DNA of 33,537 nucleotides from Archangiaceae bacterium (GTDB lineage: Bacteria; Myxococcota; Myxococcia; Myxococcales; Myxococcaceae), in assembly GCA_043750125.1 (NCBI GenBank), contig JAYVCD010000067.1, positions 1 to 33,537 on the forward strand, in the 5' to 3' direction. The notes beneath the pieces are model-generated. The model worked only from the letters and a program-made list of their open reading frames with translations, was not told where the DNA came from and made no database searches. Shown in pieces: positions 1 through 8,738 of this stretch. A program made the position numbers and the translations under genes. Numbering within the stretch: position 1 is the first letter of the stretch; each line of letters opens with the position of its first letter.

Positions 1-1271
1 ATCTGAAAATCATCGTCCTTTGCAGCCGCGGGAGCTCCGGCTGCGGGACGCGCGGCCGGTGCTGACGGCCGCTGTTGCGCAGGCTGCCCCGCCGGTGCCT
101 GGGCCGTCGGCGCTCCACTCTGCGCAAACGCCTGACTGCCGGGAATCGGCTTCTCTTCGCCCGCCTTCTGATCGAACCCGTCCCAACTGCTGTCCGAGGT
201 CGAGCTGATGCCCTGAAAGCGCAGCGCGAAGTCGTCGGGGTTGGTCGTCTGTCGCAGGGCTTCCTGGTAGGTGACCAGGTTGTTCTTCACCAGCGACATC
301 AGTGACTGGTCGAAGGTCTGCATTCCGTAGGTGACATGCCCTTGCGAAATCGCGTCGGGGATTTCCTTGGTGCGGTCCTTGTCCTCGATCAGCTCCTTCA
401 CCCGGGACGTGACCTTCAGAATCTCGACCGCCGCGACGCGCCCCTTCCCATCTGCCCGCGGAACCAGCCGCTGCGAGACCACCGCCTTCAACACCGCGCC
501 CAGCTGAAGCCGAATCTGCTTTTGCTGGTGCGGAGGAAAGGCCGAGATGATCCGGTTGATGGTCTCGGTCGCATCGAGGGTATGCAGAGTCGACATCACC
601 AGGTGACCCGTCTCGGCCGCGGTCAGCGCGGTTTCGATCGTCTCCTGGTCCCGCATTTCGCCGACGAGGATCACGTCTGGATCCTGCCGAAGCGCGCTCT
701 TCAACGCCTGGCTGAAGCTCTGAGTATCCACCCCGACTTCGCGCTGATTGACGATCGAGCGCTTGTCCCGAATCAGGAACTCGATCGGATCTTCGATCGT
801 CATGATGTGGTTGGTATCAGTGGCGTTGATGTGGTCGATCATCGAAGCCAGGGTCGTCGACTTTCCTGACCCGGTCGTGCCGGTGACCAGGATCAAACCT
901 CGCTCTTCGAGCGCGATCTTCTCGAGCGCCGGCGGCAACAGCAGCTCTTTGATCGACAGCACCTTGAAGGGAATCACCCGCAGCACCGCTCCAATCGTGC
1001 CGCGCTGCTGGAAGACGTTGACGCGAAACCGACCCAGGCCGGGGACCCCGTACGCGAGGTCCACTTCGTTGGTCGTCTTGAACTTGTCCTTCTGGAACTC
1101 GTTCATGATTCCAAACGCCATCCGCGCCACTTCTTCCGGAGGCAACCTCTTCCCGTCCTTGAGCGGAACCAGGCTCCCGTCGACCCGGAACATCGGAGGC
1201 AGCCCCGCCTTCAGGTGGATGTCAGAAGCACCACCGCGCAGCGCAACCTGCAGGATTTCGTTGAGCTCCAT
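1..1271 (-). CDS. pilT: Type IV pilus PilT/PilU-family ATPase (paralogue), 3' end runs off the window
   Basis: Not in the ORF track; translated by hand from ATG at 1271: MELNEILQVALRGGASDIHLKAGLPP..., Walker A GTTGSGKST, TIEDPIE, ALRQDPDVILVGEMRD, AETGHLVMSTLH, GMQTFDQSL. Open to position 1 (...AKDDDFQ). Confidence 0.95.
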   Translation of the reverse strand, partial: MELNEILQVALRGGASDIHLKAGLPPMFRVDGSLVPLKDGKRLPPEEVARMAFGIMNEFQKDKFKTTNEVDLAYGVPGLGRFRVNVFQQRGTIGAVLRVIPFKVLSIKELLLPPALEKIALEERGLILVTGTTGSGKSTTLASMIDHINATDTNHIMTIEDPIEFLIRDKRSIVNQREVGVDTQSFSQALKSALRQDPDVILVGEMRDQETIETALTAAETGHLVMSTLHTLDATETINRIISAFPPHQQKQIRLQLGAVLKAVVSQRLVPRADGKGRVAAVEILKVTSRVKELIEDKDRTKEIPDAISQGHVTYGMQTFDQSLMSLVKNNLVTYQEALRQTTNPDDFALRFQGISSTSDSSWDGFDQKAGEEKPIPGSQAFAQSGAPTAQAPAGQPAQQRPSAPAARPAAGAPAAAKDDDFQ

Positions 1272-1320
1272 AGTTCGGGAATCCTAACCCAGAGCCCTTG
1301 CCCCGGCTTGGCGCATTCCA

Positions 1321-1358
1321 CAAACGAAACGGGAGCCCACAAACACTGTGGACTCCCG
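1321..1358 (-). terminator. Intrinsic terminator after rplM-rpsI
   Basis: Minus strand CGGGAGTCCACA-GTGTT-TGTGGGCTCCCG stem followed by TTTCGTTTG, 23 nt after the rpsI stop. Confidence 0.8.
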
Positions 1359-1381
1359 ACGTTGAATCACCCGACTGACGT

Positions 1382-1786
1382 TTAGCGCTTGCTGAACTGG
1401 AAGCGGCGACGTGCACCCGGCTGGCCGTACTTCTTGCGCTCGACCGAGCGGGAATCGCGGGTGAGAAACCCGGCTTTCTTCAGCGGCGGCCGGAACTCAG
1501 GGTTGAGCCGGCACAGCGCGCGCGACAGACCGTGACGAATCGCGCCGGCCTGGCCCGAGAGCCCTCCGCCACGCACATTCACCGTCATGTCGATTTTTCC
1601 GGCTTGTTCGAGAACCTGAAGAGGCTGGTTGATCACCATCTTCGAAGTCTCGCGCCCGAAGTATTCTTCCATCGGACGTCCGTTGATGATCATCTTTCCC
1701 GCGCCGGGTTTGATCCACACGCGAGCGGTGGACTCCTTACGACGACCGGTGGCGTAGAAACCGTCGGCAGCTGACTTGGTGGCCAT
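1382..1786 (-). CDS. rpsI: 30S ribosomal protein S9
   Basis: [38 protein letters not shown]...QFSKR. Confidence 0.99.
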   Translation of the reverse strand: MATKSAADGFYATGRRKESTARVWIKPGAGKMIINGRPMEEYFGRETSKMVINQPLQVLEQAGKIDMTVNVRGGGLSGQAGAIRHGLSRALCRLNPEFRPPLKKAGFLTRDSRSVERKKYGQPGARRRFQFSKR

Positions 1787-1798
1787 GTTGTTAGTCCC

Positions 1799-2257
1799 TT
1801 ATGCCTTTTTTTCAGCAAGCAACTGCTTCACGACTGGCTTCTGCGCCGCGTGAGGGTGCTTGTCATCAGCGTAAACTTTGAGCTTCGTCATCATCTGCCG
1901 TCCCAGCGCATTGCGGGGCAGCATCTTCTTCACAGCATTGGTGATCACATCTTCCGGGTGACGAACGATCAACTTCTCGAAAGTCGTCGTCTTCAGCGCT
2001 CCGGGAAAACCGGCGTTCGGGTGCCGGTAATACATCTTGTCCTTGGCCTTGTTGCCCGTGACGCGAACCTTCGCCGCATTGATCACGATCACGTGATCAC
2101 CGGTGTCGATCGACGGGGTGTACATCGCCTTGTGCTTGCCCTTGAGCAAGGTCGCGATCTGGCTCGCGGCGCGGCCCAGAATCCTTTCCGACACATCGAT
2201 GAGGTGCCATGCGCGAACAATGTCCTTCGCCTTGGCGCTGTACGTCTTATGCGGCAT
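1799..2257 (-). CDS. rplM: 50S ribosomal protein L13
   Basis: WHLIDV..ILGRAASQIATLLKGKHK, DTGDHVIVINA, MLPRN. Start moved to ATG 2257, which has a GGAG Shine-Dalgarno; adjacent to rpsI. Confidence 0.98.
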   Translation of the reverse strand: MPHKTYSAKAKDIVRAWHLIDVSERILGRAASQIATLLKGKHKAMYTPSIDTGDHVIVINAAKVRVTGNKAKDKMYYRHPNAGFPGALKTTTFEKLIVRHPEDVITNAVKKMLPRNALGRQMMTKLKVYADDKHPHAAQKPVVKQLLAEKKA

Positions 2258-2305
2258 TGCTGAAAACTCCATCTGGCGCCCGAATGGGACGCGGAAAAGG
2301 CGAAC

Positions 2306-2334
2306 CCCTTATGGGGCCGAACGCTTCAAGTCAA
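2306..2334 (-). promoter_or_regulatory. Putative sigma70 promoter for rplM-rpsI
   Basis: TTGACT-N17-TAAGGG about 50 nt upstream of rplM. Confidence 0.45.
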
Positions 2335-2347
2335 GCGCCCCTATGCG

Positions 2348-4405
2348 TCAACCTCCGGGGCTCTTCGCCTTGAACTTCTCCTTCAGGTTGGCGAAGAAGT
2401 TTTGTTCCTTCTCATCGGGGGGCCCGGCCGGAATTCCGGCCAGATCGATGAGCTCGACCATCGCGTCGGGCAGGTCGTCCAGGAAGCGCGAAGGCGTCCG
2501 CTGCAGCTCCCGTCCGCGCTTGATCCGCATCGCCGCCCGGGTCAGCACCAGCCGCTCGCGGGCCCGGGTCATGCCCACGTAGCAAAGCCGCCGTTCTTCC
2601 TCAGGGTTGGGAGGTTCCCCCTGCATCCCCGAGTGGGGCAGCAGGTCCTCTTCCAGGCCCACCAGGAACACCAGCCGCCACTCGAGTCCCTTGGCCCCGT
2701 GCAGGGTCATCAACGTCACCCGCCCGCTGTGGCCGTGCTCGTGCTCGTCTTCCTCTTCCCGGGTGTCCAGCGTCAGTCGGTTCAAGTACGTCAGCAGGCT
2801 CGCCTTGGGCGATTCCCGCTTTTCGTACGCGTCCAGCGACTGCAGCAGCTGCCCCACCGCCTTCACCTTCCGATCACCCGCCGCCAGGGACAGGGTGTTG
2901 CCGCGCGTCGCCGAGTCGAAATCGATTTCCGTCAGCAGCCGCTGGGTGACCGAGGCCAGGTTCCCCTTGTCAAACAGCTTCCGGTACCGATCGATCAACG
3001 CGCAGAACTCGACCACCTTGTCCGGAGCGCCCTTCGGCAGATCCGGCACCTCGGCCGCCCCTTCGAGCGTGTCCCAGAGCGGAGTCTGGCTTTCCACCGA
3101 ATGCGCCGTCAGCCGCTCGAGCGTCACATCTCCGATTCCGCGTGGGGGGACATTGACGATTCGCAGCAGCGAGACCTCGTCGCGGCGGTTGGCGATCACC
3201 TTGAAGTAGGCAATCACGTCTTTGATTTCCCGCCGATCGAAGAATTCCTGGCCCCCGACCACCTCGTAATAGACCTGCTTCTCGCGCAGCGATTCTTCGA
3301 TCGGGCGCGACTGCCCGTTGGTTCGATAGAGAATTGCGATCTCGTCCGGAGGCAACCCTTCGACGATCGCCTTCTTCACTTCGTGGGCGACGTACCGCGC
3401 TTCTTCCTCTTCGCTCGGAGCGACCACCACCTGAATCAGCGGCCCGCCCTTCTCTTCAGTCCACATCCGCTTCGCGCGCCGTTCCGGGTTCTTCTCGATC
3501 ACCGCGTTCGCCGCATCGAGAATGATCGGGGTGCTGCGGTAGTTCTGCTCGAGCCGCACCGTCTTCGCGCCCGGAAAGTAGGTCTCGAACTCGAGGATGT
3601 TCTTCACCTCGGCGCCGCGCCAACTGTAGATGCACTGGTCGTCGTCCCCCACGACGCAAACGTTGTGTTTCTTCCCCGCCAGGTGACGCAGCAGCTGAAG
3701 CTGGGCGCGGTTGGTGTCCTGGTACTCGTCGACCATCAGGTACCGGAACCGCTCGACGTACTTCTCTTTCACTTCGGGGTATTTTTCGAAAATCGTCGAG
3801 GGAAAAACCAGCAGGTCATCGAAGTCGACCGCGCCCTGCGCTTTGAGCGCCAATTGGTACAGCGGGTACACCAGGTGGGCCACCAGGTCGTAGTCATCGC
3901 CTTGCCCCTCGGGCTTCGGCTGCAGCCCCAAGGTCTCATCGGGCCGGCCCGGAGGAAGGCCCGAGTTCTTCGCCCGGCTGATCAACGTCAGCACCTTGCG
4001 GCCGTCGAACGCGCGGTCGTCGACGTTCCGCTCGCGCATCGCCCGCCGCACAATCGACACCTGGTCCCCGGTGTCGGCGATCGCAAACTTCTTCGGCCAG
4101 CCCAGCTTCCCCAGATGCTCGCGCAGCACCTCGGCCCCAAAAGCGTGAAAGGTCGACAGCGTGACCCCGGCCGCCTTCTGGCCCGCCATCTTCACCACCC
4201 GGTCTTTCATCTCGGAAGCCGACTTGTTGGTGAAGGTCACTCCCAGAATTGCGCGGGGGGGAACCTTCTTCTCGAGCAGGTGAACGATTCGGTGGGTAAT
4301 CACCCGGGTCTTCCCCGAGCCGGCCCCGGCCAGCACCAGCAGCGGCCCTTCGGTGGTCTTCACCGCCTCGCGCTGCGGCGCGTTCAGGTGGCTCAAATCA
4401 ATCAC
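2348..4405 (-). CDS. uvrD: UvrD/Rep/PcrA superfamily 1 DNA helicase
   Basis: LNAPQREAV, AGAGSGKTRV, VDEYQDTN, VGDDDQCIYSWRGA, LEQNYRST, MTLHGAKGLEW, EERRLCYVGMTRA. Likely start GTG 4405 (VIDLSHL) after GGAAAGGGG. Exact subfamily not resolved. Confidence 0.95.
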   Translation of the reverse strand: MIDLSHLNAPQREAVKTTEGPLLVLAGAGSGKTRVITHRIVHLLEKKVPPRAILGVTFTNKSASEMKDRVVKMAGQKAAGVTLSTFHAFGAEVLREHLGKLGWPKKFAIADTGDQVSIVRRAMRERNVDDRAFDGRKVLTLISRAKNSGLPPGRPDETLGLQPKPEGQGDDYDLVAHLVYPLYQLALKAQGAVDFDDLLVFPSTIFEKYPEVKEKYVERFRYLMVDEYQDTNRAQLQLLRHLAGKKHNVCVVGDDDQCIYSWRGAEVKNILEFETYFPGAKTVRLEQNYRSTPIILDAANAVIEKNPERRAKRMWTEEKGGPLIQVVVAPSEEEEARYVAHEVKKAIVEGLPPDEIAILYRTNGQSRPIEESLREKQVYYEVVGGQEFFDRREIKDVIAYFKVIANRRDEVSLLRIVNVPPRGIGDVTLERLTAHSVESQTPLWDTLEGAAEVPDLPKGAPDKVVEFCALIDRYRKLFDKGNLASVTQRLLTEIDFDSATRGNTLSLAAGDRKVKAVGQLLQSLDAYEKRESPKASLLTYLNRLTLDTREEEDEHEHGHSGRVTLMTLHGAKGLEWRLVFLVGLEEDLLPHSGMQGEPPNPEEERRLCYVGMTRARERLVLTRAAMRIKRGRELQRTPSRFLDDLPDAMVELIDLAGIPAGPPDEKEQNFFANLKEKFKAKSPGG

Positions 4406-4527
4406 GCGGCCCCTTTCCTTCCCGCCTTCGCCGAGCTCATCGTCACCGGGGCACCTCACCACACCGGGCGACGGGTGCTGCCGCAAATCTGAACGGCGGT
4501 GGGGCGCGTGGGCTAGGAAGCTGCTCC

Positions 4528-5010
4528 ATGGCCAAGGAACTAAAGGCCCGCGCGACCGTTGAGCCCAAAGATGCACGGGCGCTGGTCGCCGGACTTGATC
4601 GGCGCGGGTTCACTGAAGAGCTCAACAAGCTCACTCAAAGCTTCTCTTCTGATCCCGGAAACCCGGGCAGCTATGCATGCCAGGGCTGTCAGCGCTGTGC
4701 GAACTGCATGTTCTGCCAGACCTGCGACAGCTGTTACCAATGCACGCACTGCATCGGCTGCCAGCTCTGCAACAACTCGACCCACTGCCTCGACAGCAAG
4801 TCGCTGCACGCCTGTGCGTATTGTGTGCAAAGTGAAAACTGCACCAACTCGGCTTACGTCACCCTCAGTCGAAACCTGTCGGACTGCACGTACTGTTTTG
4901 GCTGCGTCGGTCTCACCAAAAAAGATTTCTATCTGCTCAATACGTCGTTCAGCCGCCAGGAATACTTCGAGCTGACGAAGCGATTAAAGAAGGAACTCGG
5001 GATCCGGTGA
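4528..5010 (+). CDS. Cysteine-periodic (CxxCxxC) repeat protein of unknown function
   Basis: 18 Cys, 11 of them consecutive at exact 3-residue spacing, ending in CFGCVGL..K.F.LLN; divergent from the helicase. Confidence 0.85.
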   Translation: MAKELKARATVEPKDARALVAGLDRRGFTEELNKLTQSFSSDPGNPGSYACQGCQRCANCMFCQTCDSCYQCTHCIGCQLCNNSTHCLDSKSLHACAYCVQSENCTNSAYVTLSRNLSDCTYCFGCVGLTKKDFYLLNTSFSRQEYFELTKRLKKELGIR

Positions 5011-5018
5011 GGTTGGTG

Positions 5019-5042
5019 GAACGTCACCGGGTGGTGACGTTC
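5019..5042 (+). terminator. Perfect 10-bp hairpin, possible terminator
   Basis: GAACGTCACC-GGGT-GGTGACGTTC 8 nt after the stop; weak U tract. Confidence 0.5.
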
Positions 5043-5133
5043 GGTGTGTGACGCATTGATGGTCGCAGACAAATTTCGTTGACGGTGTTCAGCACGAGGC
5101 CTATCCGTGAACAGTTATTACCGGGGGGGTGAA

Positions 5134-5370
5134 GTGCGAAATGAAGCTGAAGCAGTTCCGAGTCCTTCGGTTCCCGTGGTGGGAATTGGTGCCTCTGCAG
5201 GTGGACTTGAGCCGCTCACCGCATTGGTTGAACGACTCACCCCTGCCCGATTTGCTCACGTGGTCCTGCAGCACCTGGCCCCCGCTCACGGCAATGTGCT
5301 GCGGGACATTCTGGCTCGCAAGACTGCGCGGAAAGTCGCTTTTGCAATCGTACTTTCTGCCTGCATCTGA
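5134..5370 (+). pseudogene. Truncated CheB-type methylesterase domain (N-terminal third only)
   Basis: VVGIGASAGGLE and VVLQHL carry the catalytic Ser and His motifs; a stop follows about 30 aa later, before the catalytic Asp motif. Preceded by TTGACG-N17-TATCCG (5079-5107). Confidence 0.75.
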
Positions 5371-5433
5371 TTCGCGCCACGTAACCTTTGCGCTACGCAC
5401 CGCACGCAAGTCCTTCAACCGGGGCAAAAAGCC

Positions 5434-5450
5434 ACGGCCTGCGTTGTGCA
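5434..5450 (+). promoter_or_regulatory. Possible sigma54 -24/-12 promoter for the kinase gene
   Basis: CGG-CCTGCGTTGT-GCA has exact GG-N10-GC spacing but imperfect flanks. Confidence 0.4.
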
Positions 5451-5505
5451 GTACAGAAGAACACAGTCGCGCGTTCGTTGCGGCCCCGCGATCCCGAGAC
5501 CCACC

Positions 5506-6288
5506 ATGAGCCAGCATCACGTTCTACTTGTGACTGCACTGGGTGCCCTGACGGCCGGGCTGTCTCACGAGATTCGAAACCCGCTCAACAGTGCTTCCCT
5601 TCAGCTGGCTGTCCTCGAACGACGCCTGAAAAAGCTCGAAGAAGGCCAGCAGGGCCCGTTGCTCGAGACGTTGAGCCTGGTGCAAGACGAGCTGCGGCGG
5701 CTGGACCACATTATGAACGAATTTCTGGGGTGCGCTTCCCCCGCTCCGCTCGAGCCGGTGCTCGTTGCTTTGCACCCTCTGCTTCAGGGGGTGGTGACGC
5801 TGCTAACCCAGGACGCGGACCAACGGGGCCTCACCCTCGAGATGAGCTGCGAAGAGCCCCTGGTCGTCCGCGGTGACGAAGGCCAGCTGCGCCAGGTGTT
5901 CACCAACCTATGCCTCAACGCGCTCGACGCCACCCCTCGCGGGGGAGGCGTGGTCATTTCCTGCGTCTTGGTGAACGGCCAATTCGTGGTGCGCGTCGAC
6001 AACGATGGTCCCAGCGGTCCCCGGTTCAACCCCCGGAACGAGGCGGGCGAGCCCGAGGACCGCCGCCGCAGCCCCGAGTCTTTCTTCAGCTCGCGCACCA
6101 CAGGCACCACCGGGCTCGGCTTTCCAATCAACAACGCGATCATCACCCGTCACGGAGGAGTGCTGGCAGTCGACAGCTCTCCCCAGGGTGGCGCGCGGGT
6201 TTCGGTGTCCCTCCCTCATCCCCGCCCGGTGGCCGACGCTACTGTGGCAGCGGTGGCCGGGGGGCAGTGGTCTCGGCGTATTCCTTGA
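5506..6288 (+). CDS. Histidine kinase core (HisKA + HATPase_c) with no sensor domain, degenerate ATP lid
   Basis: H-box AGLSHEIRNPL, N-box LRQVFTNLCLNALDA, G1 DNDGPS, G2 GTTGLG. ATG 5506 lies only about 20 aa before the His. Confidence 0.8.
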   Translation: MSQHHVLLVTALGALTAGLSHEIRNPLNSASLQLAVLERRLKKLEEGQQGPLLETLSLVQDELRRLDHIMNEFLGCASPAPLEPVLVALHPLLQGVVTLLTQDADQRGLTLEMSCEEPLVVRGDEGQLRQVFTNLCLNALDATPRGGGVVISCVLVNGQFVVRVDNDGPSGPRFNPRNEAGEPEDRRRSPESFFSSRTTGTTGLGFPINNAIITRHGGVLAVDSSPQGGARVSVSLPHPRPVADATVAAVAGGQWSRRIP

Positions 6289-7636
6289 GCCGGTACTGAA
6301 TCTTCCGAACGCTGATTCCCAGCACTTCGGCTGCACGCACCGTAGAGCCGTCGACCAGCTCAAGAGTGCGAAGAATTGCCTCGCGCTCGATCTCGCTCAG
6401 GGTCGCTCCTGGAATCAACCCATCGGCCTTCGGGCGCGGACGGGGGCCACGAATGGTGGTGGGCAGATCGTCGGCGGTCAGCAGCTCGCTCCGGGTCAAC
6501 ACCACCGCCCGCTCGACCACGTTACCCAGCTCTCGCACATTCCCCGGCCAGTCGTAGGCCATCAGGGCGTTGAGCGTGCCCGGAGCCAGCCCGCTGATCT
6601 TCTTCCCGTGGTCAGCCGAGTACTTTTCGATGAAGAAAGCACAGAGCACGGGAATGTCGGACTTGCGCTGCCGCAGCGGGGGCAAGGTCACCAAGACCAC
6701 GTTCAGCCGATAGTAAAGGTCTTCACGGAAGCGGCCGGCCTTCACCTCGGCCTCGAGGTTCTTGTTGGTGGCGGCAACCATGCGCACCGCCACCTTCACC
6801 GTCTGGGTCCCGCCGACGCGCTCGAATTCCTGCTCCTGAAGAACGCGAAGCAGCCGCACCTGCAGGCCCAAAGAGACATCGCCTATCTCATCGAGAAACA
6901 GCGTGCTTCCATCGGCCAGCTCAAAGCGGCCTTCCCGCCTTCCAATCGCGCCGGTGAAGCTGCCCTTCTCATGGCCGAAGAGCTCACTTTCCAGCAGGCT
7001 CTCAGACAGCGCAGCGCAGTTGACCTTGACGAAGTGCCTTTCCCTCCGCGGGGACTCTTCGTGAATGGCCTGGGCGATCAGCTCTTTCCCCGTGCCCGAC
7101 TCACCCAGAATCAGCACCGTCGCCCGCGTCGGCGCCGCGCGCTTCACTACGTCGAACACCACCTGGAGCTCGGGGCTCTCGCCGATAATGTTGGCGAACT
7201 TGTACTTCTCGCGAATGCGGTCGCGCAGCAGCACCGTGTCGTTTCGCAAGGTGCGCTTCTCGAGCGCTTTCTCGAGCACCACCAACACCGCGCCGACTTC
7301 AAGTGGCTTGGTCAGGTAGCTCTCGGCGCCGACCCGCATCGCCTCGACCGCCGCCTCGATTCGAGCAAAGGCGGTCATCATCACGAAGATCGCGTCGCTT
7401 CCCGATTCGCGCGCCTTTCGCAACACCGAAATCCCATCGAGCTTCGGCATCCGAACGTCGCAGAGCACCGCGTCGGGGTGGAACTCTCCCAACTTCTTCA
7501 GGCCTTCCTCCCCGTCCTCGGCCTCGGCGACCTCGTAGCCCTCTTCGGACAAAATACTTCGCAGCGCTTCGCGAGCATTTTGCTCGTCGTCGATCACCAG
7601 AATGCGGGCTCGAACTTTCGTGATGCTCTGAGTCAT
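6239..7636 (-). CDS. NtrC-family sigma54 response regulator (REC-AAA+-Fis HTH); resembles myxobacterial NmpR from memory
   Basis: ILVIDDE, CDVRMPKLDG, GESGTGKE, ESELFGHEKGSFTGA, FLDEIG, FREDLYYRL, WPGNVREL, AAEVLGISVRKIQYRLKEY. Confidence 0.96.
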   Translation of the reverse strand: MTQSITKVRARILVIDDEQNAREALRSILSEEGYEVAEAEDGEEGLKKLGEFHPDAVLCDVRMPKLDGISVLRKARESGSDAIFVMMTAFARIEAAVEAMRVGAESYLTKPLEVGAVLVVLEKALEKRTLRNDTVLLRDRIREKYKFANIIGESPELQVVFDVVKRAAPTRATVLILGESGTGKELIAQAIHEESPRRERHFVKVNCAALSESLLESELFGHEKGSFTGAIGRREGRFELADGSTLFLDEIGDVSLGLQVRLLRVLQEQEFERVGGTQTVKVAVRMVAATNKNLEAEVKAGRFREDLYYRLNVVLVTLPPLRQRKSDIPVLCAFFIEKYSADHGKKISGLAPGTLNALMAYDWPGNVRELGNVVERAVVLTRSELLTADDLPTTIRGPRPRPKADGLIPGATLSEIEREAILRTLELVDGSTVRAAEVLGISVRKIQYRLKEYAETTAPRPPLPQ

Positions 7637-7656
7637 TTGTCCCTCTCCAGCCCCCG

Positions 7657-7674
7657 AAGCAATAGGTGGTCCAG
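7657..7674 (-). promoter_or_regulatory. Putative sigma54 promoter of the NtrC-type regulator
   Basis: Minus strand CTGG-ACCACCTATT-GCT: GG-N10-GC with TTGCT. Confidence 0.55.
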
Positions 7675-7701
7675 CATCTTCAAGCGCACGCGACTTTTCC
7701 G

Positions 7702-7745
7702 CCGCAACGGTTGCGGGATGCTGCGAAGCGGCGCATTTCCTGCGC
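7702..7745. promoter_or_regulatory. Tandem palindromic enhancer-like boxes
   Basis: CCGCA-ACGGT-TGCGG (7702-7716) and GCGCA-TTTCC-TGCGC (7731-7745), upstream of the sigma54-like promoter. Confidence 0.6.
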
Positions 7746-7750
7746 GAAGG

Positions 7751-8731
7751 TTATTGGCCTTCGACGCCGTAGCGCTTCAGCTTTTCCCACAGGTTTTTCC
7801 GTGAGATTCCCAGCATCGCCGCGGTGGCCGACTTGTGCCCCTGACACAGCTCGAGGGCTGCTCGCAGGTACTCTCGTTCGTACTGCGCCATCGCTTCATG
7901 CAGCGGCCTCATCGCCACCGGGCTGGCCTTGCTTCGATGTCGCTCGATGACGTCGGGAGGAAGATGTTCCAGCCGCAGCTCGGTCTGGTCGGCCGCCAAA
8001 ACCATCGCGTGTCGAATGGCGTGTTCCAGTTCCCGAACGTTGCCCGGAAACGGATGCTCGGTCAGCACCCCCGCCGCTTCGTCCGAGATGCGGGTCGGTG
8101 CGCTAGGCGCCGCGAAGCGCTGCATGAAATACGAAATCAGCAAAGGCACGTCGCCCGGGCGCTCGCGCAGCGGGGGCACGTCGATTTCCAGAATCTTCAG
8201 CCGGTAATAGAGAGCTTCGCGAAAGCGGCCCTGGGCCAGCAGCTCCTTCAGCGAACGATGGGTGGACGAGAGCATGCGCACATCGACGCTTACCGAGTCG
8301 TTGGTGCCGGGCTGCTCGAAGGTCCGTTCCTCCAGGACCCGCAGCAGCTTCGGTTGAGCTTGAAAGGGCAGCTCGCCCACTTCGTCGAGCAACAGCGTGC
8401 CCCCTTCCGCCGCGTGCAACCGGCCTTCGCGCTTCGCGTCGGTTCCGCCGTCCTGCGGGTGGCCAAACAGCTCGGCCTCGAGCAGCGACTCGGGGTAGGC
8501 CGAGCAGTTGACCAAGACAAAGGGTCGAGCGCGCCGATCGCTTTGGGAATGCAACGCGCGAGAGATCAGCTTCTTACCGGTGCCGCTTTCTCCGGAGATC
8601 AAGACCGGAGCATCGGTTTGGGCGAAGCGGGCCACCATCTCTCGCAGCCGGACCATCGCGGGCGAGATGCCCATCAATTCTGCCGGGGCGACGTACCGCT
8701 CGCCAGCTACCCTTTCGGTGTCAGGGAGCAC
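7751..8731 (-). CDS. Sigma54-interaction-domain protein with Fis HTH, no N-terminal regulatory domain, GAFTGA loop degenerate
   Basis: GESGTGKKL, LLDEVGEL, FREALYYRL, FPGNVREL, AAMLGISRKNLWEKL; ELFGHPQDGGTDA replaces ELFGHxKGAFTGA. Confidence 0.9.
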   Translation of the reverse strand: MLPDTERVAGERYVAPAELMGISPAMVRLREMVARFAQTDAPVLISGESGTGKKLISRALHSQSDRRARPFVLVNCSAYPESLLEAELFGHPQDGGTDAKREGRLHAAEGGTLLLDEVGELPFQAQPKLLRVLEERTFEQPGTNDSVSVDVRMLSSTHRSLKELLAQGRFREALYYRLKILEIDVPPLRERPGDVPLLISYFMQRFAAPSAPTRISDEAAGVLTEHPFPGNVRELEHAIRHAMVLAADQTELRLEHLPPDVIERHRSKASPVAMRPLHEAMAQYEREYLRAALELCQGHKSATAAMLGISRKNLWEKLKRYGVEGQ

Positions 8732-8738
8732 AGAGCAC

